DNA of 30,516 bases, taken from Longimicrobiales bacterium. Lineage in GTDB: Bacteria; Gemmatimonadota; Gemmatimonadetes; Longimicrobiales; Gaopeijiaceae. The notes below the pieces were generated by a model. It saw only the letters and a program-made list of their open reading frames with translations. It searched no databases and was not told the DNA's origin. The stretch covers positions 1 through 30,516 of the forward strand of contig CBDANQ010000027.1 of the NCBI GenBank assembly GCA_965197725.1. Reading direction: 5' to 3'. Each line of letters opens with the position of its first letter. Position 1 is the stretch's first letter. Both the position numbers and the translations under genes were made by a program. Positions 10,417 through 21,358 of the stretch are shown piece after piece.

Positions 10417-10477
10417 GATGGTCTCCTGACCCTCGAGGAATAGATCAGTGAAGCTATCTCCATGTCGCTGGAGGCCG

Positions 10478-11737
10478 CTACCGCCGCCACCTCCCTCGCG
10501 CCTTCGCCCAAGTGGACGCGAGGTGCACCAGATACGGCGAGGCCGTGCCCACGGTTCGACCGCCTTCAAGAGCCGTCAGCAGCGCCTCCGGTCGGTTCGG
10601 GTGCGGCGGCACGACGATGTACGCACGACCGAGCTCGCCGAGTGTGTGCGCGTCCGAGCCAGCGCCTCTGAGCCGTCCGTGGCGCCCGGCCAACTCCTCG
10701 GCGAGCTCGTTCTGCCGTGGCTGGTGCAAGCGCGCGTTGAACACCTCAACGACATCACAGAGCGGGGCCAGCGTGTCCGCCAGGCGCCCCCGTCCTCCCT
10801 TGCCTCCCGCGTAGGGGTGCGGAAGGTATGGGATTCCGCCCTGCTCGCGGATCCGTCCGATGGTCTCGCTGACCGGCGTGCCCTCGGGGATCTCCTCACA
10901 CAGATACAACCCGATCACGTCGATGCCCTCAGCGGTCCTCACCTCTTCGCCTGGAATGATCCGATCGGTGTGCGCCTCGGCCATGCGCAGCGCCACGTCC
11001 AGTCGGTTGTGGTCTGTGATCGCGATTCGGTCGAGCCCCCTCAGGCGTGCGCGCTCCAGCACCGCCTCCGGATCCGAGAGACAGTCCCAGCTGCCCTCCG
11101 TGTGCACGTGCAAGTCGATGCGCAGCGTGGCCTCTTCGCTCGTCCCGTCGCGCAACTGCCGCAGGACGTCGACGGCCGCGGCGCGCAGCTGCTCGAGCGT
11201 GCCATCGTTCGTGATGACGAAGTCGGCCTTCGCTCGCTTCGCTGCGGGACCCATCTGTGCCGCCATGATCCGTCGGGCTTCGACGGAGCTGGAGCCCCGC
11301 AACTCCACTAGGCGGCGAAGCCGCTCCTCGTCCGGCGCGTCGACGAGCACGACGCGGTCGAAGTCACCTTGCCGGTCGGCCTCGAAGAGCAGCGGAATCT
11401 CGGACACGACGAGCGTCGCGCCCTCCGCCATCCGTTCCGCGAGCCATAGGTCCCGGAGCTGCCAGATGATGGGGTGCATGATGGACTCGAGCCGCCGGCG
11501 CGCAGCCTCGTCCGAAAAGATCAGCTCGCCCAGACGGAGCCGGTCGAGCGTGCCGTCCGCCGTGAGGAGCTGCTCACCGAACGCCTCGACCACCGCCTGA
11601 AGACCAGACGTACCGGGCTCCACCGCGCGCCGAGAGAGATCATCGGCGCTGACCACCGGCACGCCCGCAGCCTCCCACGCCTCCGCAACCGTCGACTTGC
11701 CCGATGCGACGTTCCCGGTCAGCGCGACACTCAGCAC
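10478..11737 (-). CDS. coaE: Dephospho-CoA kinase fused to a C-terminal PHP phosphoesterase domain
   Basis: N-terminal LTGNVASGKST, LDRLRLG, HP, EIPLLFE, AQM, ADFVITNDG. C-terminal IDLHVHT, ITDHN, GEE, PHP, EVFNAR, GSDAH. Confidence 0.9.
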   Translation of the reverse strand: MLSVALTGNVASGKSTVAEAWEAAGVPVVSADDLSRRAVEPGTSGLQAVVEAFGEQLLTADGTLDRLRLGELIFSDEAARRRLESIMHPIIWQLRDLWLAERMAEGATLVVSEIPLLFEADRQGDFDRVVLVDAPDEERLRRLVELRGSSSVEARRIMAAQMGPAAKRAKADFVITNDGTLEQLRAAAVDVLRQLRDGTSEEATLRIDLHVHTEGSWDCLSDPEAVLERARLRGLDRIAITDHNRLDVALRMAEAHTDRIIPGEEVRTAEGIDVIGLYLCEEIPEGTPVSETIGRIREQGGIPYLPHPYAGGKGGRGRLADTLAPLCDVVEVFNARLHQPRQNELAEELAGRHGRLRGAGSDAHTLGELGRAYIVVPPHPNRPEALLTALEGGRTVGTASPYLVHLASTWAKARGRWRR

Positions 11738-11780
11738 GAATCGCGCGACGCTCGAGTCGACGAGGTCCAGGGAGCGTCGT

Positions 11781-12164
11781 TTATCGGCCCCTGCGCTCCC
11801 GCGGCGTGACGACTGAGAAGTCGTCTTCGGTCGAGCGCATCCGGTCCGGTCCCACCGAGACGATCGCCACGGAATCGGCCCATACGCGCAGCTGATAGCG
11901 CGAGCCCCAGGGGTCCTTCTTCATTTCGTCGACCGGGTATCGGTAGTCGAGCCACCCCGACCAGTTGCGCCGGTCTGGGAGCTCCCCTGTGAGTCGCTCG
12001 TGCGCCACTACGTTCTCTCCGACCTGGGCCATCTCTCCCTGGGTGCTCCACTTGACGATCGGAGCCACGACCGGTGCGGCGGCATTCTCCATGGCCTGGC
12101 GCGAGTCCGGGAAGTAGTACGCCGCCACGACTCCGAGTGCGATGAGCAGGATCAGTCTACCCAC
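11781..12164 (-). CDS. Small membrane-anchored protein with a GspG-like C-terminal motif
   Basis: N-terminal hydrophobic helix; DPWGSRY...IVSVGPD...TEDD resembles the pseudopilin GspG C-terminal motif. Confidence 0.65.
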   Translation of the reverse strand: MGRLILLIALGVVAAYYFPDSRQAMENAAAPVVAPIVKWSTQGEMAQVGENVVAHERLTGELPDRRNWSGWLDYRYPVDEMKKDPWGSRYQLRVWADSVAIVSVGPDRMRSTEDDFSVVTPRERRGR

Positions 12165-12495
12165 CCACCCTCCGCTTCATCTGTCCTCTCATGTGCGCCG
12201 TCCAGCGCAGATACCGCTCGATTTCTTCATCGCTCGGGGTCGCGCCGGCGTCCCCGTAGGCAGTCTCCATCCGCCAGCGCATGTACGAGCGAGGAGGGAC
12301 GGGAAGAAAGGGAGGCCGAAGGTACCAACCGCGAGCGCGAAACGCCCATGCGTTCGTGAGCATGTACGGAATCGTTCCCGGGCGCCTCAGCGCTAGGCCG
12401 GCCATCTTCGAGTACAACGACAGAATCTTGTCCTTCGCGGCGGAGATCGGCCCCTCGCAGGCAGGTCGATGCCCGAAATCTAGGGAGGCCGTCAC
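12157..12495 (-). CDS. Hypothetical protein (start uncertain; alternative ATG at 12405)
   Basis: AWAFRARGWYLRPPFLPVPPRSYMRWRMETAYG is protein-like; the stop overlaps the next gene's start. Confidence 0.65.
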   Translation of the reverse strand: MTASLDFGHRPACEGPISAAKDKILSLYSKMAGLALRRPGTIPYMLTNAWAFRARGWYLRPPFLPVPPRSYMRWRMETAYGDAGATPSDEEIERYLRWTAHMRGQMKRRVGG

Positions 12496-12594
12496 GGCAC
12501 CACAACGATTGTATTGGCCGCTGGCTACATATGTTTACTGTCCGTGCACGGTTCGCACCGCTAACCTGGGGTCTCCTCTGAACCCACTGGGCGC

Positions 12595-14658
12595 ATGCCG
12601 AACCGCCTCTCCAAGGAAACGAGTCCGTACCTGCTGCAGCACGCACAAAACCCGGTCGATTGGTACGCTTGGGGGGAGGAAGCGCTCTCACGGGCCCGCG
12701 ACGACGACCGCCCGATCTTGCTCTCCATCGGGTACTCGGCATGCCACTGGTGCCATGTAATGGAGCGGGAGTCATTCGAGGATGTGACGGTCGCGGCGCT
12801 GATGAACGAGCTCTTCGTCAGCATCAAGGTCGACCGCGAAGAGCGGCCGGACGTCGATCAGATCTACATGAAGGCTGTGCAGGCCATGACCGGGGGCGGC
12901 GGATGGCCGCTCACCGCGTTCCTCACGCCGGACGGAATCCCGTACTACGGCGGTACGTACTTCCCCCCGGTGCCCCGACACGGCATGCCCTCGTTCACGC
13001 AGGTGCTGAGAGGCGCCGGGGACGCATATCGCGACCGACCTGAGGAGGTGCGGAGTATGGGAACGCGCCTGATCGAGGCGCTGAAGCAAGCCGCTGGCTC
13101 GACACCGGACACGGACGCGGGCACTGCAGAGGCGTTGGAAGCGGCATACCGGGCGCTTGCGAACCAATACGATGCCGTGCACGGCGGATTCGGGGGGGCG
13201 CCGAAGTTCCCGAAGCCGGTTACGCTTGAGCTGCTGATGCGGCATCACGTGAGGAATGGCGAGCCCGCGGCGTTGGAAATGGCAGTGCACACGCTTCGTC
13301 GGATGGCCGCGGGCGGGATGCGAGATCACCTGGGTGGCGGATTCCATCGGTACTCGGTCGACGCCCGCTGGCTCGTGCCCCACTTCGAGAAGATGCTGTA
13401 CGACAACGCCTTGCTGGCGCGAGCCTATCTCGACGCGTACCGGCTGACCGCCTCCGAAGATCTCCGCGCCGTCGCGGAGGACACGCTGGACTATCTGGCG
13501 ACGGACATGCGTTCGCCCGAAGGCGGTTTCTACTCTGCGCGGGACGCGGATTCGGAGGGCGTGGAGGGCGCCTTCTACGTCTGGACCGCGGAGCAGGTAC
13601 GAGATGCGTTGGGCGCGTCGACCGAAGCGCAGGACCCCGAGCTGTTCCAGCGCGCCTACGACGTCTCAGCGGGTGGAAACTTCGAGGGGCGGAACATCCT
13701 GCATATTCCGCACGACCTGGCCGCCATCGCCCGCTCCGTGGAGATGGGCGAATCGGACTTCCGTGAACGAATGCGAGCCGCGCGCACGACCCTGCTGCAG
13801 GCCCGCGAAAGCCGCGAGCCACCGTTCAGGGACGAGAAGATTCTGGTCTCGTGGAACGGGATGGCCATTCGTGCGTTTGCGGAAGCCGGGGCCACTCTGG
13901 GCCGTTGGGACTACGTGGACATCGCCACGGAGGCGGCTGACTTCCTATGGACGGAGTCGCGCCCAGGAGGTGAGCTCCGGCGCGTGTTCAAGGATGGTGA
14001 GAGCAAGATTCCCGCGTTCCTCGAGGACTTCGCCGCCCTGGGTAACGCGTTACTCTCGTTACACGCCGCCTCGCTCGAACCGCGTTGGCTCACGGCGACT
14101 CGCACGCTGTGCGAAGACATCCTCAGGCGCTTCTTGAGCGCCGAGGACGGCCTGCTCTACGATACACCCGACGACGGTGAGCGCCTGATCTTCCGGCCAC
14201 GAGACCCCATGGACAACGCGACTCCGTCCGGAGTCTCCTTAGCCGCCGAGCTGCTGCTCCGTGCGGGGCATGTCTTCGACCACGCTCGGTACCGTGATAT
14301 GGCGCTGTTGATCCTCGGAGGAGACGCCCCGGCGCTGAAGCGCTTCGGGGCCGCTTTTGGACGCATGCTGTCGGCCGCGGACCGATCTCTCGCGGACTCC
14401 ATCGAGGTGGCGATCATCGGCGATCGAGCGGACGACCCCACCAGGGAGCTCGTGCGAGCGGCACACCAGGGCTTCGCGCGAAATCTCACGATCGTGGGGC
14501 GCGCGCCCGACGAGGTGGTAGCAGGCGTGCCGTTGCTCGAGGAGGCGCGTGGCCTCATCGACGGTATTCCTGCCGCGTACGTGTGCCACGGATACAGTTG
14601 CCGGCAGCCGGTCACGAGGCCCGAGCAGGTCCGTGAGGAGATGACGTCGCTTGGGTAG
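12595..14658 (+). CDS. Thioredoxin domain-containing protein, YyaL/SSP411 (DUF255) family
   Basis: [58 protein letters not shown]. Confidence 0.95.
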   Translation: MPNRLSKETSPYLLQHAQNPVDWYAWGEEALSRARDDDRPILLSIGYSACHWCHVMERESFEDVTVAALMNELFVSIKVDREERPDVDQIYMKAVQAMTGGGGWPLTAFLTPDGIPYYGGTYFPPVPRHGMPSFTQVLRGAGDAYRDRPEEVRSMGTRLIEALKQAAGSTPDTDAGTAEALEAAYRALANQYDAVHGGFGGAPKFPKPVTLELLMRHHVRNGEPAALEMAVHTLRRMAAGGMRDHLGGGFHRYSVDARWLVPHFEKMLYDNALLARAYLDAYRLTASEDLRAVAEDTLDYLATDMRSPEGGFYSARDADSEGVEGAFYVWTAEQVRDALGASTEAQDPELFQRAYDVSAGGNFEGRNILHIPHDLAAIARSVEMGESDFRERMRAARTTLLQARESREPPFRDEKILVSWNGMAIRAFAEAGATLGRWDYVDIATEAADFLWTESRPGGELRRVFKDGESKIPAFLEDFAALGNALLSLHAASLEPRWLTATRTLCEDILRRFLSAEDGLLYDTPDDGERLIFRPRDPMDNATPSGVSLAAELLLRAGHVFDHARYRDMALLILGGDAPALKRFGAAFGRMLSAADRSLADSIEVAIIGDRADDPTRELVRAAHQGFARNLTIVGRAPDEVVAGVPLLEEARGLIDGIPAAYVCHGYSCRQPVTRPEQVREEMTSLG

Positions 14659-14742
14659 CCCAAGGAAGCCGTCGTCAACCCTGCCGGCGGGGCCGCAGCC
14701 GGCTATCTTTCGACGCTGAAGCAAACACTCGACTCGGACAGC

Positions 14743-16878
14743 ATGGCGACTCAAGAGAACGAGGTTCTGGAAGCTCACGATCTGGCGGGACTCTCCTCCG
14801 AGCAGCTCCTGCGCTTCTACCGCACGATGGTGACGTCGCGGCGCCTCGACGATCGCGAAATCAGTCTCATGCGGCAGAGCAAGATCTTTTTCCAGATCTC
14901 CAGCGCGGGTCACGAAGCAATCGGCGTCGCGGTTGTCGAGCACTGCAGGGCCGGACACGACTGGTTCTTCCTCTACTATCGAGACCGCGCCGTGACGTTG
15001 GCGTTGGGACAAACGCCGCTGGACCATCTTCTTCAGGCTGTGGGTGCGGAAGCGGACTCGTCCACGGGGGGTCGGCAGATGCCGGCCCACTACGGCGACG
15101 TGCGCTACAACATCGCAAACACTTCGTCGCCGACCGGTACGCAGTTCTTGCAGGCCGTGGGCGTCGCCGAAGCCACGATCAAGATTCCGAGCATCCCGCG
15201 GCTGCGCGAGCGAATCGAGAGATTCGCGGACGATGAGATCGTCATCGTGTGCGCAGGCGAAGGCGCGACGTCCGAAGGGGAGTTCTGGGAGTCGCTGAAC
15301 TCGGCGTGCAACCTAGCCCTGCCGATCGTCTACGTGATCGAGGACAACGGTTACGCGATCTCGGTACCCGTCGAGGTGCAGACAGCGGGCGGCAGCATCT
15401 CGAAGCTAGTCGCGGGCTTTCCGGGTCTACACATCGTCGAATGTGACGGTACCGACATCGTCGACTCGTATCGGGCGGCGGGTGAAGCCGTCGCATACGC
15501 CCGCGCGCGGAAAGGCCCGGCCTTCATTCACGCGCACTGCACGAGACCGTATTCGCACTCGATGTCCGATGACGAGCGCGCCTACCGTACGGAGGAAGAG
15601 CTGGCCGCCCAGAAGACCCGCGACCCCCTCACGGTGACGCGAGCTTTGATCATCGACGCGGAAATCGCGACGTGCGAAGAGCTCGATGCGCTCGAAGCCG
15701 AGACCGAGGCCGAAGTCGCCGCCGCGGCGGACGAGGCGCTCGCCTCGCCGCAGCCGGACCCCAGCACCGCAATGCGCCATCTGTACTCGGAGGATGTCGA
15801 CCCGACTTCCTCCGACTTCGACACCGAGGACGACCCGCGGTACGCGGGCGACGAGTTGCTCACGATGGTCGACCTCCTGAACTCGTGCCTGCGCGAGGAG
15901 ATGGAACGTGATCCACGCATCGTCCTCTTCGGAGAAGATGTAGCGGACGCTTCGCGTGAGGAGGCGTTGAGCCAAGTCAAAGGCAAGGGCGGCGTCTTCA
16001 AGGTCACTCACGGCCTTCAACGGCGATTCGGATCGGAGCGTGTGTACAACTCTCCGCTCGCGGAGGCGAACATCGTGGGGCGCGGCATCGGGCAGGCCCT
16101 CCGCGGCATGAGACCCGTCGTCGAGATTCAGTTCTTCGACTACATCTGGGCGGCGATGATGCAGATCCGGAACGAGCTCGCGACGATGCGCTACCGGTCG
16201 AACGGAGCGTTCTCCTCTCCGATGGTGATCCGCACGACGTACGGCGGCTACCTGAGGGGTGGAGCGATCTATCATTCGCAGACGGGTGAAACGCTCTTCA
16301 CGCACTGCCCCGGACTGTACGTGTGCATGCCTGCGACCGCGGAAGACGCGAACGGTCTCCTGCGCACCGCGATCCGTTGTGAGGACCCCGTGCTCTTCCT
16401 CGAGCACAAGCACCTCTACCGCCAGGTCTACAACAAGAGCCGCAATCCGGGGCCCGAGTACATGATTCCCTTCGGGAAAGCGAAAGTCAGACGAGAAGGC
16501 TCGGACATCACGGTGGTCACGTGTGGCGCGCTGGTGAAGCGGAGCCTCGACGCGGCGAAGATGGTGTCGGAGCAGAACGGCATCGAAGCGGAAGTGATCG
16601 ATCTACGCACCGTGAAGCCGCTCGACATGGAGCGCGTCGCGGCTTCGGTGAAGAAGACCAACAAGGTCATGATCGTGCACGAGGACAGTCTGTCCTGGGG
16701 CATCGGATCGGAGATCGCGGCCCTCATCGCCGACGAGCTCTTCCCCTGGCTCGACGGCCCGGTGAAGCGCGTGGCGTCGATGGACACCTGGGTCGCCTAC
16801 GCGCCGCAGGTCGAGAACGTCATCTTACCGCAAGCGCCCGACGTGCTCGAGGCGATGATCGAGCTCGCTGCGTACTAG
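14743..16878 (+). CDS. 2-oxoacid (probably branched-chain) dehydrogenase E1, fused alpha/beta subunits
   Basis: GHEA, YRDR, TPP motif [15 protein letters not shown]...[34 protein letters not shown]. Confidence 0.93.
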   Translation: MATQENEVLEAHDLAGLSSEQLLRFYRTMVTSRRLDDREISLMRQSKIFFQISSAGHEAIGVAVVEHCRAGHDWFFLYYRDRAVTLALGQTPLDHLLQAVGAEADSSTGGRQMPAHYGDVRYNIANTSSPTGTQFLQAVGVAEATIKIPSIPRLRERIERFADDEIVIVCAGEGATSEGEFWESLNSACNLALPIVYVIEDNGYAISVPVEVQTAGGSISKLVAGFPGLHIVECDGTDIVDSYRAAGEAVAYARARKGPAFIHAHCTRPYSHSMSDDERAYRTEEELAAQKTRDPLTVTRALIIDAEIATCEELDALEAETEAEVAAAADEALASPQPDPSTAMRHLYSEDVDPTSSDFDTEDDPRYAGDELLTMVDLLNSCLREEMERDPRIVLFGEDVADASREEALSQVKGKGGVFKVTHGLQRRFGSERVYNSPLAEANIVGRGIGQALRGMRPVVEIQFFDYIWAAMMQIRNELATMRYRSNGAFSSPMVIRTTYGGYLRGGAIYHSQTGETLFTHCPGLYVCMPATAEDANGLLRTAIRCEDPVLFLEHKHLYRQVYNKSRNPGPEYMIPFGKAKVRREGSDITVVTCGALVKRSLDAAKMVSEQNGIEAEVIDLRTVKPLDMERVAASVKKTNKVMIVHEDSLSWGIGSEIAALIADELFPWLDGPVKRVASMDTWVAYAPQVENVILPQAPDVLEAMIELAAY

Positions 16879-16950
16879 GGTCCTGTCCCAGAAGTACGGC
16901 GGGCCGCGGCTGCTAGGGAGCCTCTGCACAAGCAGGGCCCCCCGGGCGGC

Positions 16951-18648
16951 TCAATCGGATCGCAGTCCTACGGTGCTCAGGATAGCGTCGAACCGAGGAT
17001 TGCCCCGCAGCGGCTCGTAGATGGGCCTCACGCGGAGCCAAACGAGGTCGCTCGCTCGAACGTCGGCCGCCCGCTCGAGCAGATCCAGCGCGCGGTCGTG
17101 CTCGCCGAGCCCGAGATGGATCTGAGCTTTGAGCACCGGCGATCCATATCCTTCCTCGAACCGCGCTTCGAGTGACGCCAAGATGTCGCGAGCCTCGGCG
17201 GTCTTGCCGCCCGCGGCGTAGGCGTGCGCGAGCGTCGCGAGCACTTCACCGCTCGAGTCGGTCAGTTGCGAAGCGAGACGCAACGAGTCCACGGCGTCGT
17301 CCACCAGCCCGAGCTCTATCTCCGCCTGCCCGCGGAAGAACGCGGCCATTCCAAATCGGTCATGCACGTCGAGCACCTCGGAGAGTTGCCGCACCGCCGT
17401 CTCGTACTCAGCGGCATAAAGGGAAATCACGCCGAACGTCGTCGCTATCGCCGGAGACAGCGGATCGAGTTCACCAGCCGTTTGGTTCGCCGCGCGAGCC
17501 TCTTCGAACCGGCCCAACGGCGTGAGCAGGTTCGAGGCCAGCCACTGGTGCGCGACCGGATAGTTGGGCTGGGTGCCGATCGCGTGACGGAACTCCCGCT
17601 CGGCGCCCTCCCAGTCCCAGTCGTAGAGAGCCTTGACAGTCGCCAACGCGGTGCGCGCCTCCGCCATTCTCGGATCGAGGGAGAGCGCCCGCGTAGCCGA
17701 GTCGCCTGCGAGTGGCATCACTTCGTCCGGCGCGCGCATGCCATACATGCCCAACGTCACGTAGCTGTCCGCCAGACCGGCTTCCGCGAGAGCGAATTCG
17801 GGGTCGTGTTCCAGGGCACGGGCGAAATACCGAATGCTCTTCTCCAAGCCGTCGACGGTACGCCGGTCCCACAGGTATCGACCCTTCAAGTAGAGGTCGT
17901 ACGCTTCCACGTCAGCGGTGGGCCTCTGCTCGAGGCTCGCCTTCTCCTCGGCTGACAGCTCCGCCGCGAGTGCTTGGGCGATCTGGCGGGACACTTCAGA
18001 CTGGATGTCGAAGATGTCCTCCAAGGGATGGTCGTAACTCTCCACCCACAGATGTCGATCCTCCACCGCATCGATGAGCTGAGCCGAAATTCGAACGCGA
18101 CCGTTCGCCTTGCGAACACTTCCCTCAAGCACGGTCGCGACTCGCAGCTCCGCGGCGATCGACCCGACCGGCTGCTGGCTGTCCTTGTAGCGCATGACGG
18201 AGGTGCGGGACACCACCCGGATGTCACGGATGCGAGACAGGCTCGAGATGATGTCGTCAGTCACCCCGTCAGAGAAGTAGTCGCTGTCGTCGTCTGCGCT
18301 CAGATTCGCGAAAGGCAGTACGGCGATCGAGCGGCGCTCGACGTCATCCGCCGTGAGTGCCTGAGGTGTGGTGACCAGGGCCTGCTCTCGCGTGACGTCA
18401 TCGTCCATCTTCACGCCCTGATCCGTCAGTTCATACACCCACGCGAGTAGGAGTGCGATCGGGAAGCCGAGGATCGCGATAACGGTAACCGTCGTTAGCG
18501 TGCCGTCGGGTAGCCGGAGCGCCTCCTCCAGTACATCCGCCACCTGGATGACCACGAACGCCACCACCGAATACGTCGCGCCGACCTTGAAGACTTGGCG
18601 CCGCTTCAGCTCTCCGAGCAGAGACGTCTTTCTTGGAGTGCGTGCCAT
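16951..18648 (-). CDS. Membrane-anchored TolB-like/TPR protein with no catalytic domain evident
   Basis: ELKRRQVFKV...LGFPIALLLAWVYE transmembrane module, SIAVLPFANLS...YFSDGVTDDII, LEGSVRK, TPR repeats, and LRGNPRF tail. ATG at 18648. Confidence 0.85.
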   Translation of the reverse strand: MARTPRKTSLLGELKRRQVFKVGATYSVVAFVVIQVADVLEEALRLPDGTLTTVTVIAILGFPIALLLAWVYELTDQGVKMDDDVTREQALVTTPQALTADDVERRSIAVLPFANLSADDDSDYFSDGVTDDIISSLSRIRDIRVVSRTSVMRYKDSQQPVGSIAAELRVATVLEGSVRKANGRVRISAQLIDAVEDRHLWVESYDHPLEDIFDIQSEVSRQIAQALAAELSAEEKASLEQRPTADVEAYDLYLKGRYLWDRRTVDGLEKSIRYFARALEHDPEFALAEAGLADSYVTLGMYGMRAPDEVMPLAGDSATRALSLDPRMAEARTALATVKALYDWDWEGAEREFRHAIGTQPNYPVAHQWLASNLLTPLGRFEEARAANQTAGELDPLSPAIATTFGVISLYAAEYETAVRQLSEVLDVHDRFGMAAFFRGQAEIELGLVDDAVDSLRLASQLTDSSGEVLATLAHAYAAGGKTAEARDILASLEARFEEGYGSPVLKAQIHLGLGEHDRALDLLERAADVRASDLVWLRVRPIYEPLRGNPRFDAILSTVGLRSD

Positions 18649-18792
18649 CGTGCCCTTGTCGTGACGGAGGAGAGCCGTGCCGCCAGCAACTTCGATGGGA
18701 GCGCGCATTCCATCAAGCAAGACGTCCTCGTCGGGCAAAGCGAATCGACGCCGGCCTTTACGTACCCGATGCCGGCAACCTAACGTGCGGAC

Positions 18793-20049
18793 ATGACTAC
18801 TCTACGCTCTCTCCCAGCGCTCGCGCTCGCCCTCTTGGTGAGCAGTGGTTCACTCGACGCCCAGGTCGTCGCCTACGTCGGCGCGACGGTATGGGACGCC
18901 ACGGGATCGGCGCCGATCCGCGACGCCACGATGATCGTGGAGGAGGGCCGCATCACCGCGATCGCCTCTGCAGGGGACCTGCCCTCGGGTGCGCGGATCG
19001 TGAGGCTCGATGGCAAGTTCATCATCCCCGGTCTCATCGACACGCACGGCCACGTCAGCGGCCGATGGGCGCCGCAGGGAGTCACCGGCGAATCGGACCG
19101 TATCCGAGGGGACCTCGAGCTCTTCGCCCAGTACGGCGTTACCACGGTGAACAGCCTGGGTGATGGCGATGCGGTCGTCGCCGTTCGTGACGCCGCGTCC
19201 CCGACCGACCCTCGGGCGCGACTTCTCGCGGCCGGCTCCGTGATCGCCGGGAGCGACCCGGCCGCGGCACGCACGGCTGCGATCGCGAACGCCGAAGCCG
19301 GCGTCGATTGGCTGAAGCTCCGCGTCGACGACAACCTCGGCACGGTGCGGAAGATGCCGTGGGATGCCGTGCAGGCAGTGCTCGACGTCGGTGAAGAGCG
19401 AGGCGTCCGCGTCGCGACGCACTTGTTCTATCTGGATGACGCGAAGCGGCTGCTGGAGATGGGTACCGGCATGGTGGCGCACTCCGTGCGCGACACCGAC
19501 GTGGACGACTCGTTCATCAACGCGCTCATAGCGAACGAGGTGTGTTACGTGCCGACGCTCACGCGGGAAATGAGCACCTTCGTATATGCCGAGCGCCCCG
19601 GCTTCTTCGACAATGACTTCTTCACCGAGTTGGCGGACGAGCGCGAGGTCGCCCGGGTGAGCGAGCCAGCCTTCATGGGGCGCATGAGACGGAGCCCAAC
19701 GGCTGCCGGGTACCGCCTAGCGCTCCGGCAGGCTCTTCGGAATTTGAAGCTCCTCGTCGACGCAGGCGCCCCCGTGACGTTCGGCACCGACGCCGGCCCG
19801 GCCGGACGCTTCCCGGGCTTCTTCGAGCACCTCGAGCTGTCGCTCATGGTCAGCGCGGATCTGGAGCCGGAGCAGGCGCTGATCGCTGCAACGAGCCGTG
19901 CAGCGGCGTGTCTCGGCCTGGACGACGTGGGGACGCTCGAGGTCGGGAAGTGGGCGGACTTCATCGTCCTCGCGTCCTCGCCGATGCACGACATCACCAA
20001 TACGCAGACGCTCGAACAGGTGTACGTCGCCGGAAAGCCGATGCGTTAG
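18793..20049 (+). CDS. Secreted amidohydrolase-family protein
   Basis: Signal-peptide-like N-terminus; IPGLIDTHGH, GVTTV, FGTDAG, GTLEVGKWADFIVL. Confidence 0.9.
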   Translation: MTTLRSLPALALALLVSSGSLDAQVVAYVGATVWDATGSAPIRDATMIVEEGRITAIASAGDLPSGARIVRLDGKFIIPGLIDTHGHVSGRWAPQGVTGESDRIRGDLELFAQYGVTTVNSLGDGDAVVAVRDAASPTDPRARLLAAGSVIAGSDPAAARTAAIANAEAGVDWLKLRVDDNLGTVRKMPWDAVQAVLDVGEERGVRVATHLFYLDDAKRLLEMGTGMVAHSVRDTDVDDSFINALIANEVCYVPTLTREMSTFVYAERPGFFDNDFFTELADEREVARVSEPAFMGRMRRSPTAAGYRLALRQALRNLKLLVDAGAPVTFGTDAGPAGRFPGFFEHLELSLMVSADLEPEQALIAATSRAAACLGLDDVGTLEVGKWADFIVLASSPMHDITNTQTLEQVYVAGKPMR

Positions 20050-20185
20050 CGGCCGAGTTAGCGCGTGTCCTCGCGCCGCCGTGTTCAACGGGCGACGGCC
20101 GTTAGGAGCACCACGCTCCCGGAGTCCCGGACGCCGACATACGATGTTGCTAAATCATCCCCCAACCCCACGGACCCATGGCCCG

Positions 20186-21358
20186 CTATCTGACTGACAA
20201 CGCCTGCTCAACATCAGCGATCACGTCCCGGAGGTCTTCGAGGCCGACCGAAATGCGGATCAAACCGGGCGTGATGCCCACCGCCTGACGCTCCTCTTCC
20301 GTGAGCTTGGCGTGCGTCGTCGACCCCGGATGGCTGACGATCGTGCGCGTGTCACCGAGATTCGCGGTGAGCGAGCACAATTTCACGGAATCCATGAAGC
20401 GCTTTCCCCGCTCGAGCCCGCCCTCGACGACGAACGAGACGATGCCGCCGCCGGAAGACATCTGCCGCTTCGCGATCTCGTGCTGGGGATGGGAAGGGAG
20501 GAACGGATAACGCACGGAAGCGATGCCCGGCCGCCCCTCCAACCATTGTGCCACGGCCAACGCATTTTCCGAATGCCTCTCCATGCGAACCCCTAGCGTC
20601 TCCACGCTCTTGGAGAGCACCCACGCGTTGAACGGCGACAGGGCAGGCCCGGTGGCCCTCGAGAAATCGTAGATCTCCTGAACCAGGTCCTTTTCACCCA
20701 CCACTACACCGCCCATCACCCGGCCCTGTCCATCGATGTACTTGGTGGCGGAGTGGAGCGAAAGGTGCGCACCAAACTCGAGAGGACGCTGCAAGATGGG
20801 TGTGGCGAAGCAGTTGTCCACGACCAACGTGAGGCCCTTTTGTGCGGCCAGCTCCCCCAACCACTCGAGGTCCACCAGATCCACCGCCGGATTCGTAGGC
20901 GTCTCCACGAAGATCATCCGGGTATCGTCGCGAATCTCGCCTGGCCACGAGTCAGGGTCCGTGGCATCGACGTACGTGAAGGTGATCCCGAACCGGGGCA
21001 GGATCTTGGTGAGGATCGTGTGCGTCGCTCCAAAGAGCGACCTGCACGCCAGGATGTGATCACCGGAGGAGAGCAGCGCTCCGAACGTCGCGAACACGGC
21101 AGCCATGCCCGTGGCCATGGAGTGCCCCGCCTCGGCACCTTCCAAGCGGCGGATCTTCTCGGAAAGCTCCTCAACATTCGGATTGGTGAACCGGGAATAG
21201 ACGTTCCGGTCGATCTCGCCCGCGAAGGCCGCCCGCATCTCCTCGCTGTCCTCGAAGACGAAGCTCGACGTCAGGAACATCGGCACCGCGTGTTCGTGGT
21301 GCGTCGACTCGTCGGCCTGTGCTCGCACGGCCCACGTTTGGGGTCTCCAGTCGTTCAT
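20186..21358 (-). CDS. metZ: O-succinyl/O-acetylhomoserine sulfhydrylase (Cys/Met PLP family)
   Basis: YSRFTNP, TGMAA, ETPTNP, VVDNCFATP, HSATKYIDGQGRVMGG, NLGDTRT...HPGSTTH, RISVGLE. Confidence 0.85.
   Translation of the reverse strand: MNDWRPQTWAVRAQADESTHHEHAVPMFLTSSFVFEDSEEMRAAFAGEIDRNVYSRFTNPNVEELSEKIRRLEGAEAGHSMATGMAAVFATFGALLSSGDHILACRSLFGATHTILTKILPRFGITFTYVDATDPDSWPGEIRDDTRMIFVETPTNPAVDLVDLEWLGELAAQKGLTLVVDNCFATPILQRPLEFGAHLSLHSATKYIDGQGRVMGGVVVGEKDLVQEIYDFSRATGPALSPFNAWVLSKSVETLGVRMERHSENALAVAQWLEGRPGIASVRYPFLPSHPQHEIAKRQMSSGGGIVSFVVEGGLERGKRFMDSVKLCSLTANLGDTRTIVSHPGSTTHAKLTEEERQAVGITPGLIRISVGLEDLRDVIADVEQALSVR

Noticed and set aside
20050..20185. Hairpins CCGT-GTTCA-ACGG and GGAGC-ACCAC-GCTCC as a tRNA or ncRNA
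   Set aside because: No cloverleaf or known motif; short GC hairpins are expected between convergent genes.
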